Position numbers and translations under genes: made by a program. The notes under the pieces are model-generated. The model saw only the letters and a program-made list of their open reading frames with translations. It was not told the DNA's origin and made no database searches. This document shows positions 32,901 through 42,222 of a stretch of 64,000 bases of DNA, piece after piece. How positions within the stretch are numbered: position 1 is the first letter of the stretch; every line of letters begins with the position of its first letter. This stretch comes from Trypanosoma brucei (taxonomy: Eukaryota): assembly GCA_000002445.1 (NCBI GenBank), contig CM000207.1:576001-640000 (forward strand), read 5' to 3'.

Positions 32901-34839
32901 TGCCGGAACCCTGTGTTTCATCTGAAAAAGACCTTGAAGGCGTTTCCCCGGCCCCCGCTCCACTTGACAGGATCACGCGTATAAGTTTGTTGGACGCAGC
33001 ACCGGCGACTTCCAGAAACATCATGGCAACTTCTGGTGACTGCTCGTACTGCGCTACGTGGCCAAGAAGGTCCAGAAGAGTGTTTCCCCTTTCATTACCT
33101 CGGCTACCGTCCAGTGTCGATAAGGATGACGTGGTTAACTGTCCGATAGACATCTCCCTCATGCGCTCCGCCGCAAATCGTCGCACCTCTGCAACCGGAT
33201 GCAGTAGACAAGCGAACAACGGCAGTTGTTCCGTTGACCCAGACGATCCACGGACTTCCAGCAGTTCGTACCGCGCACCACTGAGGTGCCGCGCAAGAAA
33301 CCTTGCGGCAGCATTCTGGGTAGTGACATCATTGAGCAACTGCGACAGCGTAGTATCAAAAACGTGGCAGAAGCGCCTCTCGAGAGCTTGTATCCACATG
33401 GTCACACACTTCCTCCCGGTCGAACTCTGCCCATGTTTACTACCCCCTCGGCCGCTTTGTAACTGCTTCACGCCCAAGTGGACCTCCTCTTCGTTCTCTC
33501 CGTTTTGGTGGTTCGCCATTGTCGCCGTCTCCTCAACGTTGCACGACACTAACGTCGCTATCGTCTCTGCCACAAGTGCATCGTTGAGAGGTAAAAACTC
33601 CACAGCACACTGCACAAACACCAGGACGTCAGACGAAACTGACTGCAGTGAATGGGTCGATTTAAGCCGGTAGAGACAGTCACGCAACAGCACGGAAACA
33701 AGGGTGTCGCATATCCGCGCCTCAGAAGAGTCGATAAACCGGACCCAATGTCCCCACGGAAACGAGAGCATGAACTTAAGTTGGGGCGAAAACGTGACGT
33801 CCAACACAGCCTCGCGCTGAGTATGGAAGAGTACATCAAGAACCGCTAACAGATCAACCACTGAAACGGTGAAAGAGGCGGAACCATCCACACCTGTAGT
33901 CAACAGATGGTAAATTGGTTTCACAACGGCTCTCAGGGTTGCGGATGACAACTTCACCTCATTACTCCACGCCACCAGCGCCACGAGCGCGCTGCACGCA
34001 GCCTCCCGACTGGGTGAAAATCTCGACACCCCGCTGCCATCTAAGTCCTCACCAATCCATGGACTCTCGTCACCTTCATTTACCTCCTGCAACTCAGAAT
34101 TAGACAGTTTCTCTGTTGATCTCCCAACGGTTATGAATTCCACAACAAATGGTAAAAGTACGCGCCATGTTGCCTCGGCGTTGGGGTAGGAAGCCAACTG
34201 AACCGCCACACCGGCGAAAAGCGCGTGTGCAGCGCTGTTGTGAACGCGCATTCGCACCGATATCGCAACGGTAAGACACACGAGTTGCAATACTTTTCTA
34301 CTCACAGCGCACGCCTGCACCAAGTGTTCCCGAAGCAGTGGGGATCCGGTCTCCTGATTTGCTGCAAGGAACTCAAGACCAGTATCTCGCAAATCCAGCA
34401 GCAGCAGCACACGAGAAAACAAACTGTGATCATGGTATGGCAAGAAGGCACGTAGCACCGCTGAAACGTTGTAAACGTGCACCTCATGCACACGTACGAG
34501 ATATTCGAAAACTTGATGCGCTGCAGTAAGAAAAATGTGGGGACTAAGCAGCGTAAGGAACTGTTCCACCGCCTCGTTCAGTTCCTGGTTGGCGTCCCTT
34601 CTAAGTTGCTTCCGCTCTGCACGAGTACCATGTGGGTCAAAGAGTCGGTTAACAAAGAAGTGGAAGCGATTGTCAACCGCAATCAGTGTTTGAAGACCGT
34701 GGACAGCAAGCTGATGTATCTGTTCACGCGAAAAGTTACGTGAATCACCATCGCTGAATAAGAACGACCCGGATAGACGTTTGTCGTCCACTGGTCGATG
34801 CTGCAACTTCTGTAGCTGCGAAGCGAGTTGAGACGACAT
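26944..34839 (-). CDS. UTP10: UTP10/HEATR1-like giant HEAT-repeat protein (U3 snoRNP / SSU processome component), 2631 aa
   Basis: The N-terminus MSSQLASQLQKL...SFLFSDGDSRNF...QLAVHGLQTLIAVDNRFHFF...QELNEAVEQFLTLLSPHIFLTAAHQVFEYLVRVHEVHVYNVSAVLRAFLPYHDHSLFSRVLLLL parallels the HEATR1/U3snoRNP10 N-terminal domain (...FLIHLSPYFLLKPAQKCLEWLIHRFHIHLYNQDSLIACVLPYHETRIFVRVIQLL). The protein is helical-repeat throughout, and the C-terminus (RHVRRVALLCLDRIYEDGG...) resembles the terminal BP28CT/HEAT unit. Confidence 0.8.
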   Translation of the reverse strand: MSSQLASQLQKLQHRPVDDKRLSGSFLFSDGDSRNFSREQIHQLAVHGLQTLIAVDNRFHFFVNRLFDPHGTRAERKQLRRDANQELNEAVEQFLTLLSPHIFLTAAHQVFEYLVRVHEVHVYNVSAVLRAFLPYHDHSLFSRVLLLLDLRDTGLEFLAANQETGSPLLREHLVQACAVSRKVLQLVCLTVAISVRMRVHNSAAHALFAGVAVQLASYPNAEATWRVLLPFVVEFITVGRSTEKLSNSELQEVNEGDESPWIGEDLDGSGVSRFSPSREAACSALVALVAWSNEVKLSSATLRAVVKPIYHLLTTGVDGSASFTVSVVDLLAVLDVLFHTQREAVLDVTFSPQLKFMLSFPWGHWVRFIDSSEARICDTLVSVLLRDCLYRLKSTHSLQSVSSDVLVFVQCAVEFLPLNDALVAETIATLVSCNVEETATMANHQNGENEEEVHLGVKQLQSGRGGSKHGQSSTGRKCVTMWIQALERRFCHVFDTTLSQLLNDVTTQNAAARFLARHLSGARYELLEVRGSSGSTEQLPLFACLLHPVAEVRRFAAERMREMSIGQLTTSSLSTLDGSRGNERGNTLLDLLGHVAQYEQSPEVAMMFLEVAGAASNKLIRVILSSGAGAGETPSRSFSDETQGSGNPVDDAIGILRRLFRCFWTMTVTQGCVAIQERFYQLILLPLMQQVDEQRGVFLGGSKKKLKVPEMGDACRIGWGLLLYYATLLYVHAIDLLVRERSVNGGSAKERLCAGESTDAELTKLVMKLEKHLVETVPGIGRTATLFTPALYPGCDPLYEFADCDASTEGGKSAAAFMGGVTSLLDDEQGEEGFCLSVFECTPLLLALYHEASVQVRPTLERLLCLREANEDDRPSARAIMLECCVGCAALLSTAYDSELADVTHMLFQFFVSGRNGGVRTSKYSIGMRGGYLMNLQGSQRAAAGGMRGRVGRGAANDGSSPFLPKNLFTRIMGATIRISMETRLARNSEVGSCVEGEKMAFNSTNTLAYMGRLLGYLDAPLPAAAVSPMWLPPAYLHMLELCNTASDVAGDDWNVQLPVDWFRLVYRSVFESPVTLKSNCGSYFSLSGLFVAVTSPLAAPAGRREDVLTTLQGLILSAADDVKRSTRDAKKRLTITNMSSAQLFLEAALRQGSISITTLNALVEAIALEDSHAHLTHTASELLCRMIVDGVGNGGNEETTAPFSFLNLVVEHFYPLRARKSGIVVNALLPLLISLLEAGGDGGEGTVSPEAANFVQAICNRAQICAEMATISNEEKNALLQLNLALVRHPFLRVSGRRTRLVYRHALSTFASVLSRGCDVSSANPLVFVPKPTRNTSQGTNNLLEKSDDEDYAKRVASVVSEVVLDDAVCLSRMGADALSLLVGTVGGYQRLFLPLVSQKLKQRSPDLSIIADALEAVAAASPSSPLPGSEGEGGDTVDAWEPPSWCTLYDPLKSTDVESILQLCAKSLSRADGGEEIVWRREGNTLPALRILCAIFESSHLIRFDGDDVGKREGEGGEDLGDSSLFNLVREVLNSFPLASLLPLLEDNDSADVGASGNSLYRLALSFIRCLVNLCLSSPGALNDGQPDGAAVIRQEVVRQSVILMAGLFTPDLPSSSGAQKPASASEAARPNSVFSGRTIGTVTELLRIVSPLFTPAVTPMHSNDFSVGGRVALHIPVVALLIRLESVNFESGKHNYTSAMEVCRHLLVSFDVQTQLLCLTGMMELLVDPHKQLSLSSPKVGGNRRGKVEGMDTGDVGCSENDDDYTMKRLFRKLLKPNQVVNRQEEIMYLINDTIKSEEFLAGFVALQHSTAVLCLDTAHADGGVQRDDTSGTKYGESSLFEGIDKSNECMALLVASLKLFAYYTELNTATENDAGTAAASQHSDGGFVGAPAYGEKKAFVMLLELLAGNTLACVLAGINEPTFVLCMKNLLTDHRAAVQLKGLEMLLDRLHNALPTVEQILTKEEVERGRQKLRDPKSRLTLTDVVRLKARPFATKRSFTLFSHIFALMMSAAGVQVGKAERVDNLRLLTLSVACMEELVRIIASGGSQHAEAALLNVNRTARVTEDRLNKLFGNHSRVEEVHRWVDSMVSVLPRVIRSCRNQDEEHTHGSKEDCLFAAAALLTALGTVSQVMGTAFTVPHSNVTLQVVVDAAVFAAAGVPPTVSRGEVGSVLRQSSLNCLLRTFPSSWLMCQPYLSRIIYVATHLQNVDDTETNYLSVEVMSMLEVALEPQLFIEASAECVRGIVEQEVAADESGKRSKRVLRVRVDTHSLALLYSSIQRRVTSLGREELKHLSLFVGGTTARDNFWLSSMQTLASAPTLPSPDAVQPVLEAYTMFFLKFKAKHCTSFISTMAEWAFGGAAEGFVKSTEKQQAKESAGKESEDVRERDDVASVPRVIVHRWLLFYALCNHLLERLGSIMDFAFPVLLPYIVGTLASYCSSTTHAARHAADLIARTLEGALNSIRIIASAQTAPPHHDHSIPVDNYLATHEVFSAVMPAVVRQLTNLVYLADSTHDYAFRAEQCVIPAVRALFLSLTSSKQQSDTQREVLRSLRHPSRHVRRVALLCLDRIYEDGGGELAARLMAEMLPSVAELTEDRDDVVVEQARRLCGHLSSITGQDVLYAMGS

Positions 34840-35723
34840 TTGCTCAAGCAGTTACTTAAGCCTTCCACCGCTTGCACCCTCCCCCTTGCAGGTGGTACTG
34901 CTTTCTTTCGCTTTACTGAGATGCTCCAGCAGAATAATTGAGCGAGTTTGTTACGACTCTGATCGAAAGGTAAAAAGAGTTCCTTATATTAAGCGCCAAC
35001 GCACACGAAATCCTTTCCTTCCGCTCTATTCCCACCAATGCTATATCCCTTCGCCTTAATAATGTTAGTACTCGTGACAGACTACTCTTTACTTGTCTCC
35101 TCGTGGGATCCTTATTGCCACGATTATTAGCTACACCGTTCGTAAAACTTCGCCCTGAAACCTTGTCACTGTCCCCAGAGCCCGCAAACAACGAAAAGTA
35201 AAAGTACGTATACGTGCCTATCGACGACAACCGAAAGAAAGCACCACAGAAACCACTCCGCGGCTGCTGTTGTCGTTTCGACTCTTCCCCTGCTTCCTCC
35301 ACCAGTTTTCACCTTCTTCCCTTTCCAATTTCCTACTACTTTTCTGCTTGGCAATCCACACGTCAGGTAGAAGCTGTAGTAGGGAGCCTGCAAACAGCGA
35401 GTGGCAGCTTCTTTATACACGCGGTCGTGTAAGACAGCTAAAACTGGTGTGAACAGTGTAGGGGGGGGGGAAAGCGACAAAAAAAAAATACAAGAAGTGG
35501 TTCGACCGTATTCGATCTAAGGTAAACAACGCGCAAAAAAAACCAAGCATATATGTTACAAGATGGGTGGAAAGGCACAAAGAAAACTAGTCAGCTCGGT
35601 CAGAAACATTACCCTGACCCAGTTAAGAGGTGGAAATGCCCATCAACGTGCGCATCAAACTGGTTCCCAGGAACGCGAAACGGTTAACACGCCGAGACAT
35701 GTCCTTTCATCGCCACGACCATA

Positions 35724-36266
35724 TTATCCCTTCCCACGTGCCCGCTTACGCGTGCGCTTCGTTGCCTCTGCCTCCTCCTGAGCGGCTTCAAGAGTTTTCA
35801 CCCGCTCAACAGTCCCTAGAGCCCCAACGGATGATGCGGTAAAGATTCGATCACTGGGCGTGAAGCGGTGCAACCGCTCGCGATAAGCGGCAACTCTGGC
35901 ATCGAGAGCCGTACCCAACGATGAGCTGCTGGCGGTAGTGCTAGCAGAAGTCGAGGTTGCAGTGGCAGTTGCAGTTGCGGTACACCACAGTTGCTGCCGC
36001 TCCAGGCCAAAACCATCAAAAAGGCAGCCCCCGAGCTCTACATAGTGCCGAAGATAGGTAGTCTCAAGGTCGTATACGCAAACATCCAGCCCCTCTAACT
36101 GCCTCTCTATAGCTTCACGACGAGCCTGCAGATACTGCAACTGCGACTGTGCCGTCGCGGTGCCGTTCTCCTGTGGCTCAGCAAGAGCGGAACTGGCTTT
36201 TACTTCCCTTTTGCTCCCTGGGGGCGCCGCTACCCCTCTACCCCGACCATGACCCCTACCGGACAT
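35724..36266 (-). CDS. Eaf6/MEAF6-like small coiled-coil protein (putative NuA4 HAT complex subunit)
   Basis: LQARREAIERQLEGLDVCVYDLETTYLRHYVELGGCLFDGFGLERQQ....RERLHRFTPSDRIFTASSVG parallels the Eaf6 pattern (LE.QIY..E..YLE....GNII.GW.........ERLFS.SSV). A glycine/arginine-rich N-terminus (MSGRGHGRGRG) and a basic C-terminus flank it. Confidence 0.6.
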   Translation of the reverse strand: MSGRGHGRGRGVAAPPGSKREVKASSALAEPQENGTATAQSQLQYLQARREAIERQLEGLDVCVYDLETTYLRHYVELGGCLFDGFGLERQQLWCTATATATATSTSASTTASSSSLGTALDARVAAYRERLHRFTPSDRIFTASSVGALGTVERVKTLEAAQEEAEATKRTRKRARGKG

Positions 36267-37921
36267 GCAACCAGCTCGCGCCTCTAAAGTGCGTGTGAGT
36301 TCTTACAGTCTATTACCCACTGTGGCAACGCTCAGCGTTCACCAGAGGCAATCTGAACTACCTTACGACGGCAGCAACCAAGGAAAAGGCAAAAAAGAGA
36401 GAACACAAAAAAACGATCAAAAGAAAACACAGGTACCGGACAACTGTAAGTAGCACGAAACTAAAGTATTATTTGAGTCCCTCACATACAGACCGCAAGG
36501 TAAGCAGCGCCAACACGCACAAAAGGAGGCAACAAACTGCAAAAAGCGGAGAAGGAACTCAAAGAAAAGAAAAGGGGGGAAACGTCCTTAAGCCCGTTAA
36601 TTTTACATTGTGGTCGGAGAACTGAGAAGGTGCCTCCCACCGCCAGCGGCTTCGATGTAGAACACACAGAGAGGCAGGGGAACAATGAACTTATGAAGGG
36701 GTAAGATTCTGAGAAGATTGCGAAGAAAGAGACAAAGAAAAGAGAGAAAACGCAAAAACAAAGCAGAGGGACGTCGAAATCATCCTGTCTCACGCTGCTT
36801 TTTCCGTTTATTTTCTCTCGTTGGTATCTACTTTTTTTTTTCGTCGTCCACTTCCACCCATCTACTATCAGTAACCCTTTCATTGTCCGTGCTTAATTCC
36901 CCTCCTCCCGCATCCAAAGCGCGAACTGCTCACTCGCTGAAAAATACACGACACCCTCATGCGTCCTTAAAGAAACGGCTGCAACGTTCTGAAGCCAACA
37001 TAAATGTACACAGGAGAACTGCAGCTGAGCAAGATACAAAACGACGGGGGAAGAAAATATTATAAACGCGCCTGGAACAAACAGCGTACAACGTTTTCCT
37101 GTACTTGTATGTGCACAAATGCACAAAGACAGAGAGGTAGACGCACATCTACTCAAGAAACAGATTGACAGTACAGTGGTGGGGTAGCGTTTGAAGCCCA
37201 TATGAGCCACCAAACGCAAATGCGGAAACCGAAAAAGAAAACAGCGATGTAATGGAATGCAGCGCAATACGAATGATGATAATTGGGACAATAAAGTACA
37301 CAATAAAACAATCGTCATACGATGTAAAAGCTCCTAACAACTACCACTATTGCCCGGAGAATTAAACAAGGGGAAAGAAAGTTGCGATGAAAAGCACTGG
37401 TTTAACGAAAGTCTCCCTTAAAATGTTGCGCTGCCACTTTGGAGGAGTCCGCTGTCTCACGAGTATCTCCCAGTACCTTTCCATTGGTTGTACTACCTAG
37501 CCCACTGCTACTTCCAGCCATTGCCTTCCACCCCTTCTCATGTATTGCTATCTAACCCTTGTACACAGAGTTCCACCTCATACCTCCACCACTACCCGCT
37601 TATTTCTCATCCTCTTTACAAACCATCCTCCTCGGCCGCACGAGTCCTTGAACTGCGCCCATCCACCAACGGCGAGGTGGAGCAGCCACAATAGACGCAA
37701 TACCCGACATGGAGACGCCAATCCCAACGCCAGTGATCCACTCACGCCCGCTCACTCACCTCAATTATGAACGACAGGTTCTTACCACTGTATGAGTGTA
37801 CGTATCCGCATACGTCCTTACGTCGTTCGAACCCAGTACAGACAGGGCCCCAGGTTCCCCCTTCCTCTTTTCTGCTGAAGTCAGCTATGCAAAGCCACAT
37901 CCCAAGTCCAACTCCCAATAC

Positions 37922-39538
37922 TCAACGATGTTGGGGAATGAGGTCATAAAGCTGCATTAAGTTGGGGAAGCCATGTTCCCAGAGGGCAGACTGAAACTGG
38001 CGGCTCGTGCGTGTATCGTAGCTGAGCCTTGTTATGATTACCAATAACGAATTGGGGGCACTAAACGACGTCGTGATAGCCTCACGCGGTATGCCCAAAG
38101 AAGAACAGAGGTCTAGCACAACGGCACCCGTCAATCTGCCAAAGTCTTTCTGAATCAAATCACTCCATTCCTCATCAGGGGAAGTCAGACGCAGTCGTGT
38201 GACCCGGGGAACGCACTTGTCCGGCTCAACCTTCATCGGACTGTCAACATGAAGAGAAAACAAATTCATACGTTCTATAAGAGACAGCTGAACCGATGAC
38301 GAAGGCTCATCCGAACAATTTCCGTTATTCTGCGCCGGCTCCACACGTTCGGAGGACATTTGTAATGAAGCCTGATCAGTCGATTGCGGTAATTCTTCCA
38401 CTTGGGTTTGCTTGCAGTTAGACAGTGAATACCTTGACATTCTGTACATCGCCGTGCTCTCAGTTGCACGCAGGATGAGTCGTGTAGTAGCCTCATCGGA
38501 ACTTATCTTCCCGCGGCTTATCTCCTCCTCTACGCTAAGATCACGGCAAACGGCCTCATCAAGTCTCAGCTCCTCTTCAGGTGCTGGTACGTGGCCCTTA
38601 ACCTGTGGAGCCCTGAACAACAGCGAAGCCAATGCGTTTGGAGAACTCAACACAGTCCCGTAACCGCCAGTTCGCTTTACAACACCATCCACCTTCAAGA
38701 GGGTCTTAGTCCCCTCCACTGCAAGTGCTTCCGATGGTGCCGCAAGCTCTAACGGCACATCTGCCATCTGGCCCGTCTCATCTTTTTTCACTTCAACAAT
38801 TACATGAAAGCAGTCGGCGTGGAATTGCACCGTCTGTGGCGTCAGCAACGCAAAAGAATCAAAATCCTTATCCAAGTATGTAACGTACAGCACCTGAAAC
38901 TTAAGAAGTGCAGCCTTATCATGAATTATACCCATGACGTCGTCAAAATTCGCTCCCTCCTCTTCACATGGTGCTGGTACTTTCAACTCGCCCAGTTTGG
39001 CACCGGACTCCGTTGCAAAGCACAAGGTCCAATAGCCGGAGTCGTTGATGCAACAATCAGCCAAACAACGATCGTCTGAGGCTGCCACCGGCTGGCGGAA
39101 TCCGTACTCGACAGCCACTTCGCTGAGTTGTATATTTGGAAGTGCCGACGATGCCTTGCAACCCTTCACTTCAAACGGCATAAGACTCTCAATTGACCTT
39201 GCCGTGTCCATTAGCCCTGGGTTTGGTATGTGTTCCTGATGTGCTCTTAAGCAAACACCATCCGGATATGGCGAGAGCGTCTCCGCAGTTGGTAAAAAAC
39301 GGCCGGGCGTCGTCCCGCTGCGAACCGTCAAGTGGGATCCCGATTCCTTCGGGGGAAGGGTATCCACATAGCGCTCAAAGAAGCCACCACGGGGCGATTT
39401 GTCGATCATAGGAAGGCTTTCAACAAAATTTTCTAAATAACGGTACAAAAAGACGGCCGCACCCAACCGCAAATACACAAAGATGTGTGTAGCTCTATGG
39501 ATGGGTGGGTCCCCGTCAAAAATAAGATATATGAGCAA
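37922..39538 (-). CDS. Hypothetical protein, 538 aa
   Basis: Long minus-strand ORF with balanced, protein-like composition. I recognise no family. Confidence 0.5.
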   Translation of the reverse strand: MLIYLIFDGDPPIHRATHIFVYLRLGAAVFLYRYLENFVESLPMIDKSPRGGFFERYVDTLPPKESGSHLTVRSGTTPGRFLPTAETLSPYPDGVCLRAHQEHIPNPGLMDTARSIESLMPFEVKGCKASSALPNIQLSEVAVEYGFRQPVAASDDRCLADCCINDSGYWTLCFATESGAKLGELKVPAPCEEEGANFDDVMGIIHDKAALLKFQVLYVTYLDKDFDSFALLTPQTVQFHADCFHVIVEVKKDETGQMADVPLELAAPSEALAVEGTKTLLKVDGVVKRTGGYGTVLSSPNALASLLFRAPQVKGHVPAPEEELRLDEAVCRDLSVEEEISRGKISSDEATTRLILRATESTAMYRMSRYSLSNCKQTQVEELPQSTDQASLQMSSERVEPAQNNGNCSDEPSSSVQLSLIERMNLFSLHVDSPMKVEPDKCVPRVTRLRLTSPDEEWSDLIQKDFGRLTGAVVLDLCSSLGIPREAITTSFSAPNSLLVIITRLSYDTRTSRQFQSALWEHGFPNLMQLYDLIPQHR

Positions 39539-39630
39539 TACCCTTTCAGTCGGACACCTTCTAACAAAAAGGTGAAGAAAAATTTAAAAATATACAGACG
39601 CAGATCGAAATAACAAATCAATAAAACAGA

Positions 39631-40610
39631 GAAGGCAACTATATCAGCACGTTTCCCGTTAAATCTGCTATCAGTACACCCCAACAAGAGGGCACCGTGC
39701 CATTACATTCCATTGCACGAAAGTGCTGAAAAAAGGTACACTCAGTTCGCGGGATCATCACGAAGCAGACGAACACATGCTTCTCCGGAGCCACCAGAAG
39801 GCATCATGCGGCACGAAGTGAAGCTCACTGACCTCGGATTGCCCCGTGTTGTGCCTTGAATGCATGGAGGGGAGAGAGTAGGTTCAAATCAAGAAAGCAC
39901 AGAGGGTGAAGAAAGGATTAGATTAAAACTAAGGCAGACACTCCTGGGGAAGGTACAAAATAACGCATCTCGCACAGTGTCGGCACTAGAGCAGCAGCGG
40001 TACGCCATAACTAGCTTCATTTTCTGTGCTGTACAACACTCACACTCTCACACGCCTCAGGAACCCAAGTGGAAGCAGTCATACCCGTTGGGAGCTAATA
40101 GCGCGTTCTCAGTGTACGGAGAAGTTGATATCACTGTAGTGAAGGCAACTATATCAGCACGTTTCCCGTTAAATCTGCTATCAGTACACCCCAACAAGAG
40201 GGCACCGTGCCATTACATTCCATTGCACGAAAGTGCTGAAAAAAGGTACACTCAGTTCGCGGGATCATCACGAAGCAGACCAACACATGCTTCTCCGGAG
40301 CCACCAGAAGGCATCATGCGGCACGAAGTGAAGCTCACTGACCTCGGATTGCCCCGTGTTGTGCCTTGAATGCATGGAGGGGAGAGAGTAGGTTCAAATC
40401 AAGAAAGCACAGAGGGTGAAGAAAGGATTAGATTAAAACTAAGGCAGACACTCCTGGGGAAGGTACAAAATAACGCATCTCGCACAGTGTCGGCACTAGA
40501 GCAGCAGCGGTACGCCATAACTAGCTTCATTTTCTGTGCTGTACAACACTCACACTCTCACACGCCTCAGGAACCCAAGTGGAAGCAGTCATGCCCGTTG
40601 GGAACTAACC
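39631..40610. repeat. Tandem direct duplication: two ~466 bp units with a 510 bp period (39631-40096 and 40141-40606), ~99% identical, in an intergenic region
   Basis: By eye the two copies are identical apart from a few substitutions (gacgaacacatg vs gaccaacacatg; catacccgttgggagctaat vs catgcccgttgggaactaac). The duplication explains the twin plus-strand ORFs 39860..40369 and 40370..40624, which share an N-terminus. Confidence 0.9.
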
Positions 40611-41242
40611 ATATTGTTCTCTAAACCACGAAATATCAAAAAAGGGGGGAAAAGTGATTACCGTGCTTGGGTATCCCTCAATGAATCTTAGCTCAGCAGT
40701 AAACAATGTAAAAGAAATATAATTGTTACTTTACGATTCCATACCTCTTCCTCGGGTGTCAGGGTTAGTAAAGGGACGGACAAAATGCGACACCGTACAT
40801 TCCGTAAGTTTTTATTTTTCAACCGTATCTTCTCTTTTCTTCTCCTCGTTTCCAACTGCTTTCCCTCTATTCTACCTTCCGCGGTCGAGTGGGGCACCGC
40901 ACAAAACAGTGTGGACCATATCCTTCCCTACAGTAGGAAACGGGCATGGCATAGTGGCCCCCTTCACTACAACGCTGGCACAAAAGGAAAAGCATGAGAC
41001 GTTGTCGATCGGGAGGTGAAAACGCCGATAATTATACAGCTTCACATGCAAAATTCAACGCCAAACACCATCTGTCTGGTGTTCAACCACATCAATTAGA
41101 GTGTGCGTGTGGAGGCGCTCACAAAAAATACATTCATGCTTCCCTGGTACATGGAGTTTGGCATCTCACACTCAACAATCAAACCCCACATGCTCATCTT
41201 GTCACTTTCTATCCTCTAAAAGGCAGATGTTTCTTGCATCGC

Positions 41243-41488
41243 TTAGGCAGTTGCGGTTAACCGCGAGCGGTAGTTTCGGAAAGCGCGTTGAATGACTCGG
41301 GCAGACTTTTCATGAGTGGCAGCCGTCGCCTTCGCGCACCGCGCAGTCGCCCATTGTCGTAGGAACTCGTAAACATCATTAGGCTTCTCGCGGACAGCAT
41401 CGGCAACGAAATCCTCAAGGAGGGGGCCTACACCAATGCGCTCGAGATAGTCGCGCTGTCCCTCGCTGTATTCAAGGCCAAAACTCAT
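41243..41488 (-). CDS. Small RIIa (dimerisation/docking) + IQ-motif protein, SPA17/ropporin-like; likely flagellar
   Basis: MSFGLEYSEGQRDYLERIGVGPLLEDFVADAVREKPNDVYEFLRQWA is an RIIa/DPY-30-type docking domain. ARVIQRAFRNYRSRL is an IQ motif. The ORF in the track extends to 41836, but that extension (MCVCFHVLELRTVFFF...) is a translation of a (CA)n/A-run-rich non-coding tract, so I call the start at 41488. Confidence 0.7.
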   Translation of the reverse strand: MSFGLEYSEGQRDYLERIGVGPLLEDFVADAVREKPNDVYEFLRQWATARCAKATAATHEKSARVIQRAFRNYRSRLTATA

Positions 41489-42222
41489 GATGCCCGGTAT
41501 GCACTCACAAACCTTACCTTTCCCCCTCACCCTTCTCAGCACTCTAAACGTATCCAGATGAATCCAGCAGAAGGGTGACAATGAGAAGAGGAAGCAGCAC
41601 TGGCACTGAGAAAAAATACAGTCAGCACATGTCCGCCAACGACTGGCCTTACATGCGGATTCACACACACAACACACGCTCTTATCCTTGTCGACGTTAA
41701 CCAATAAATAGCAAAAAAAAGGTAACCAAACGAAACGTACTGAGGTACGACTTTGGTGTCCAGTGAGTTTTGCTACAACTATGGTTGAAAAAAAAAAAAC
41801 AGTACGTAACTCCAAAACATGAAAACACACACACACACGTTCGCAGCGGCCAAACCAACAAAAAATCGCGCAGAGATCTGAAACATATCATCCAAGGCAA
41901 CACACGGACAGTGAACTAAAATAAAAAAGTATTATAAGATAATTCGGCAGCCAGGAAAGCATGTGCCTTACACCCACACGACAACAGAGCTCTGTGGGTT
42001 GGAAACCCCTGTACGACTGTGTACACAGACCCCATGCCCCACCACCGCATACCCAAATCCCCCTAATATCTGTTCCCATTTGTTATTCCAAACCCGCCTT
42101 CCGAGGTAGTGCACTAACTTACTCGAGGCATAGTGTGAAGACCGGTGTTGCTCAGGGGTTGGTGGGGCTGGGGAGAAAACCCATGTTCCCGTCGGCCCAG
42201 GCAGAGGAAGAAGAGCATAAAG

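Noticed and set aside
39631-40610. CRISPR array or centromeric satellite as the explanation for the tandem repeat
   Set aside because: Eukaryotic context, only two long (~470 bp) units, no short spacer/repeat periodicity and not AT-rich. A snoRNA array or simple duplication is more plausible.
39860-40624. Twin plus ORFs 39860..40369 and 40370..40624 with identical N-termini (MHGGERVGSNQESTEGEER...)
   Set aside because: They are a by-product of the 510-bp tandem duplication and are opposite to the transcription direction of the unit. One copy is already disrupted by a point difference.
41489-41836. N-terminal 116-codon extension of the RIIa/IQ ORF
   Set aside because: It translates (CA)n, A-runs and pyrimidine tracts (C/F/L-rich), which is almost certainly 5-prime UTR or intergenic sequence.
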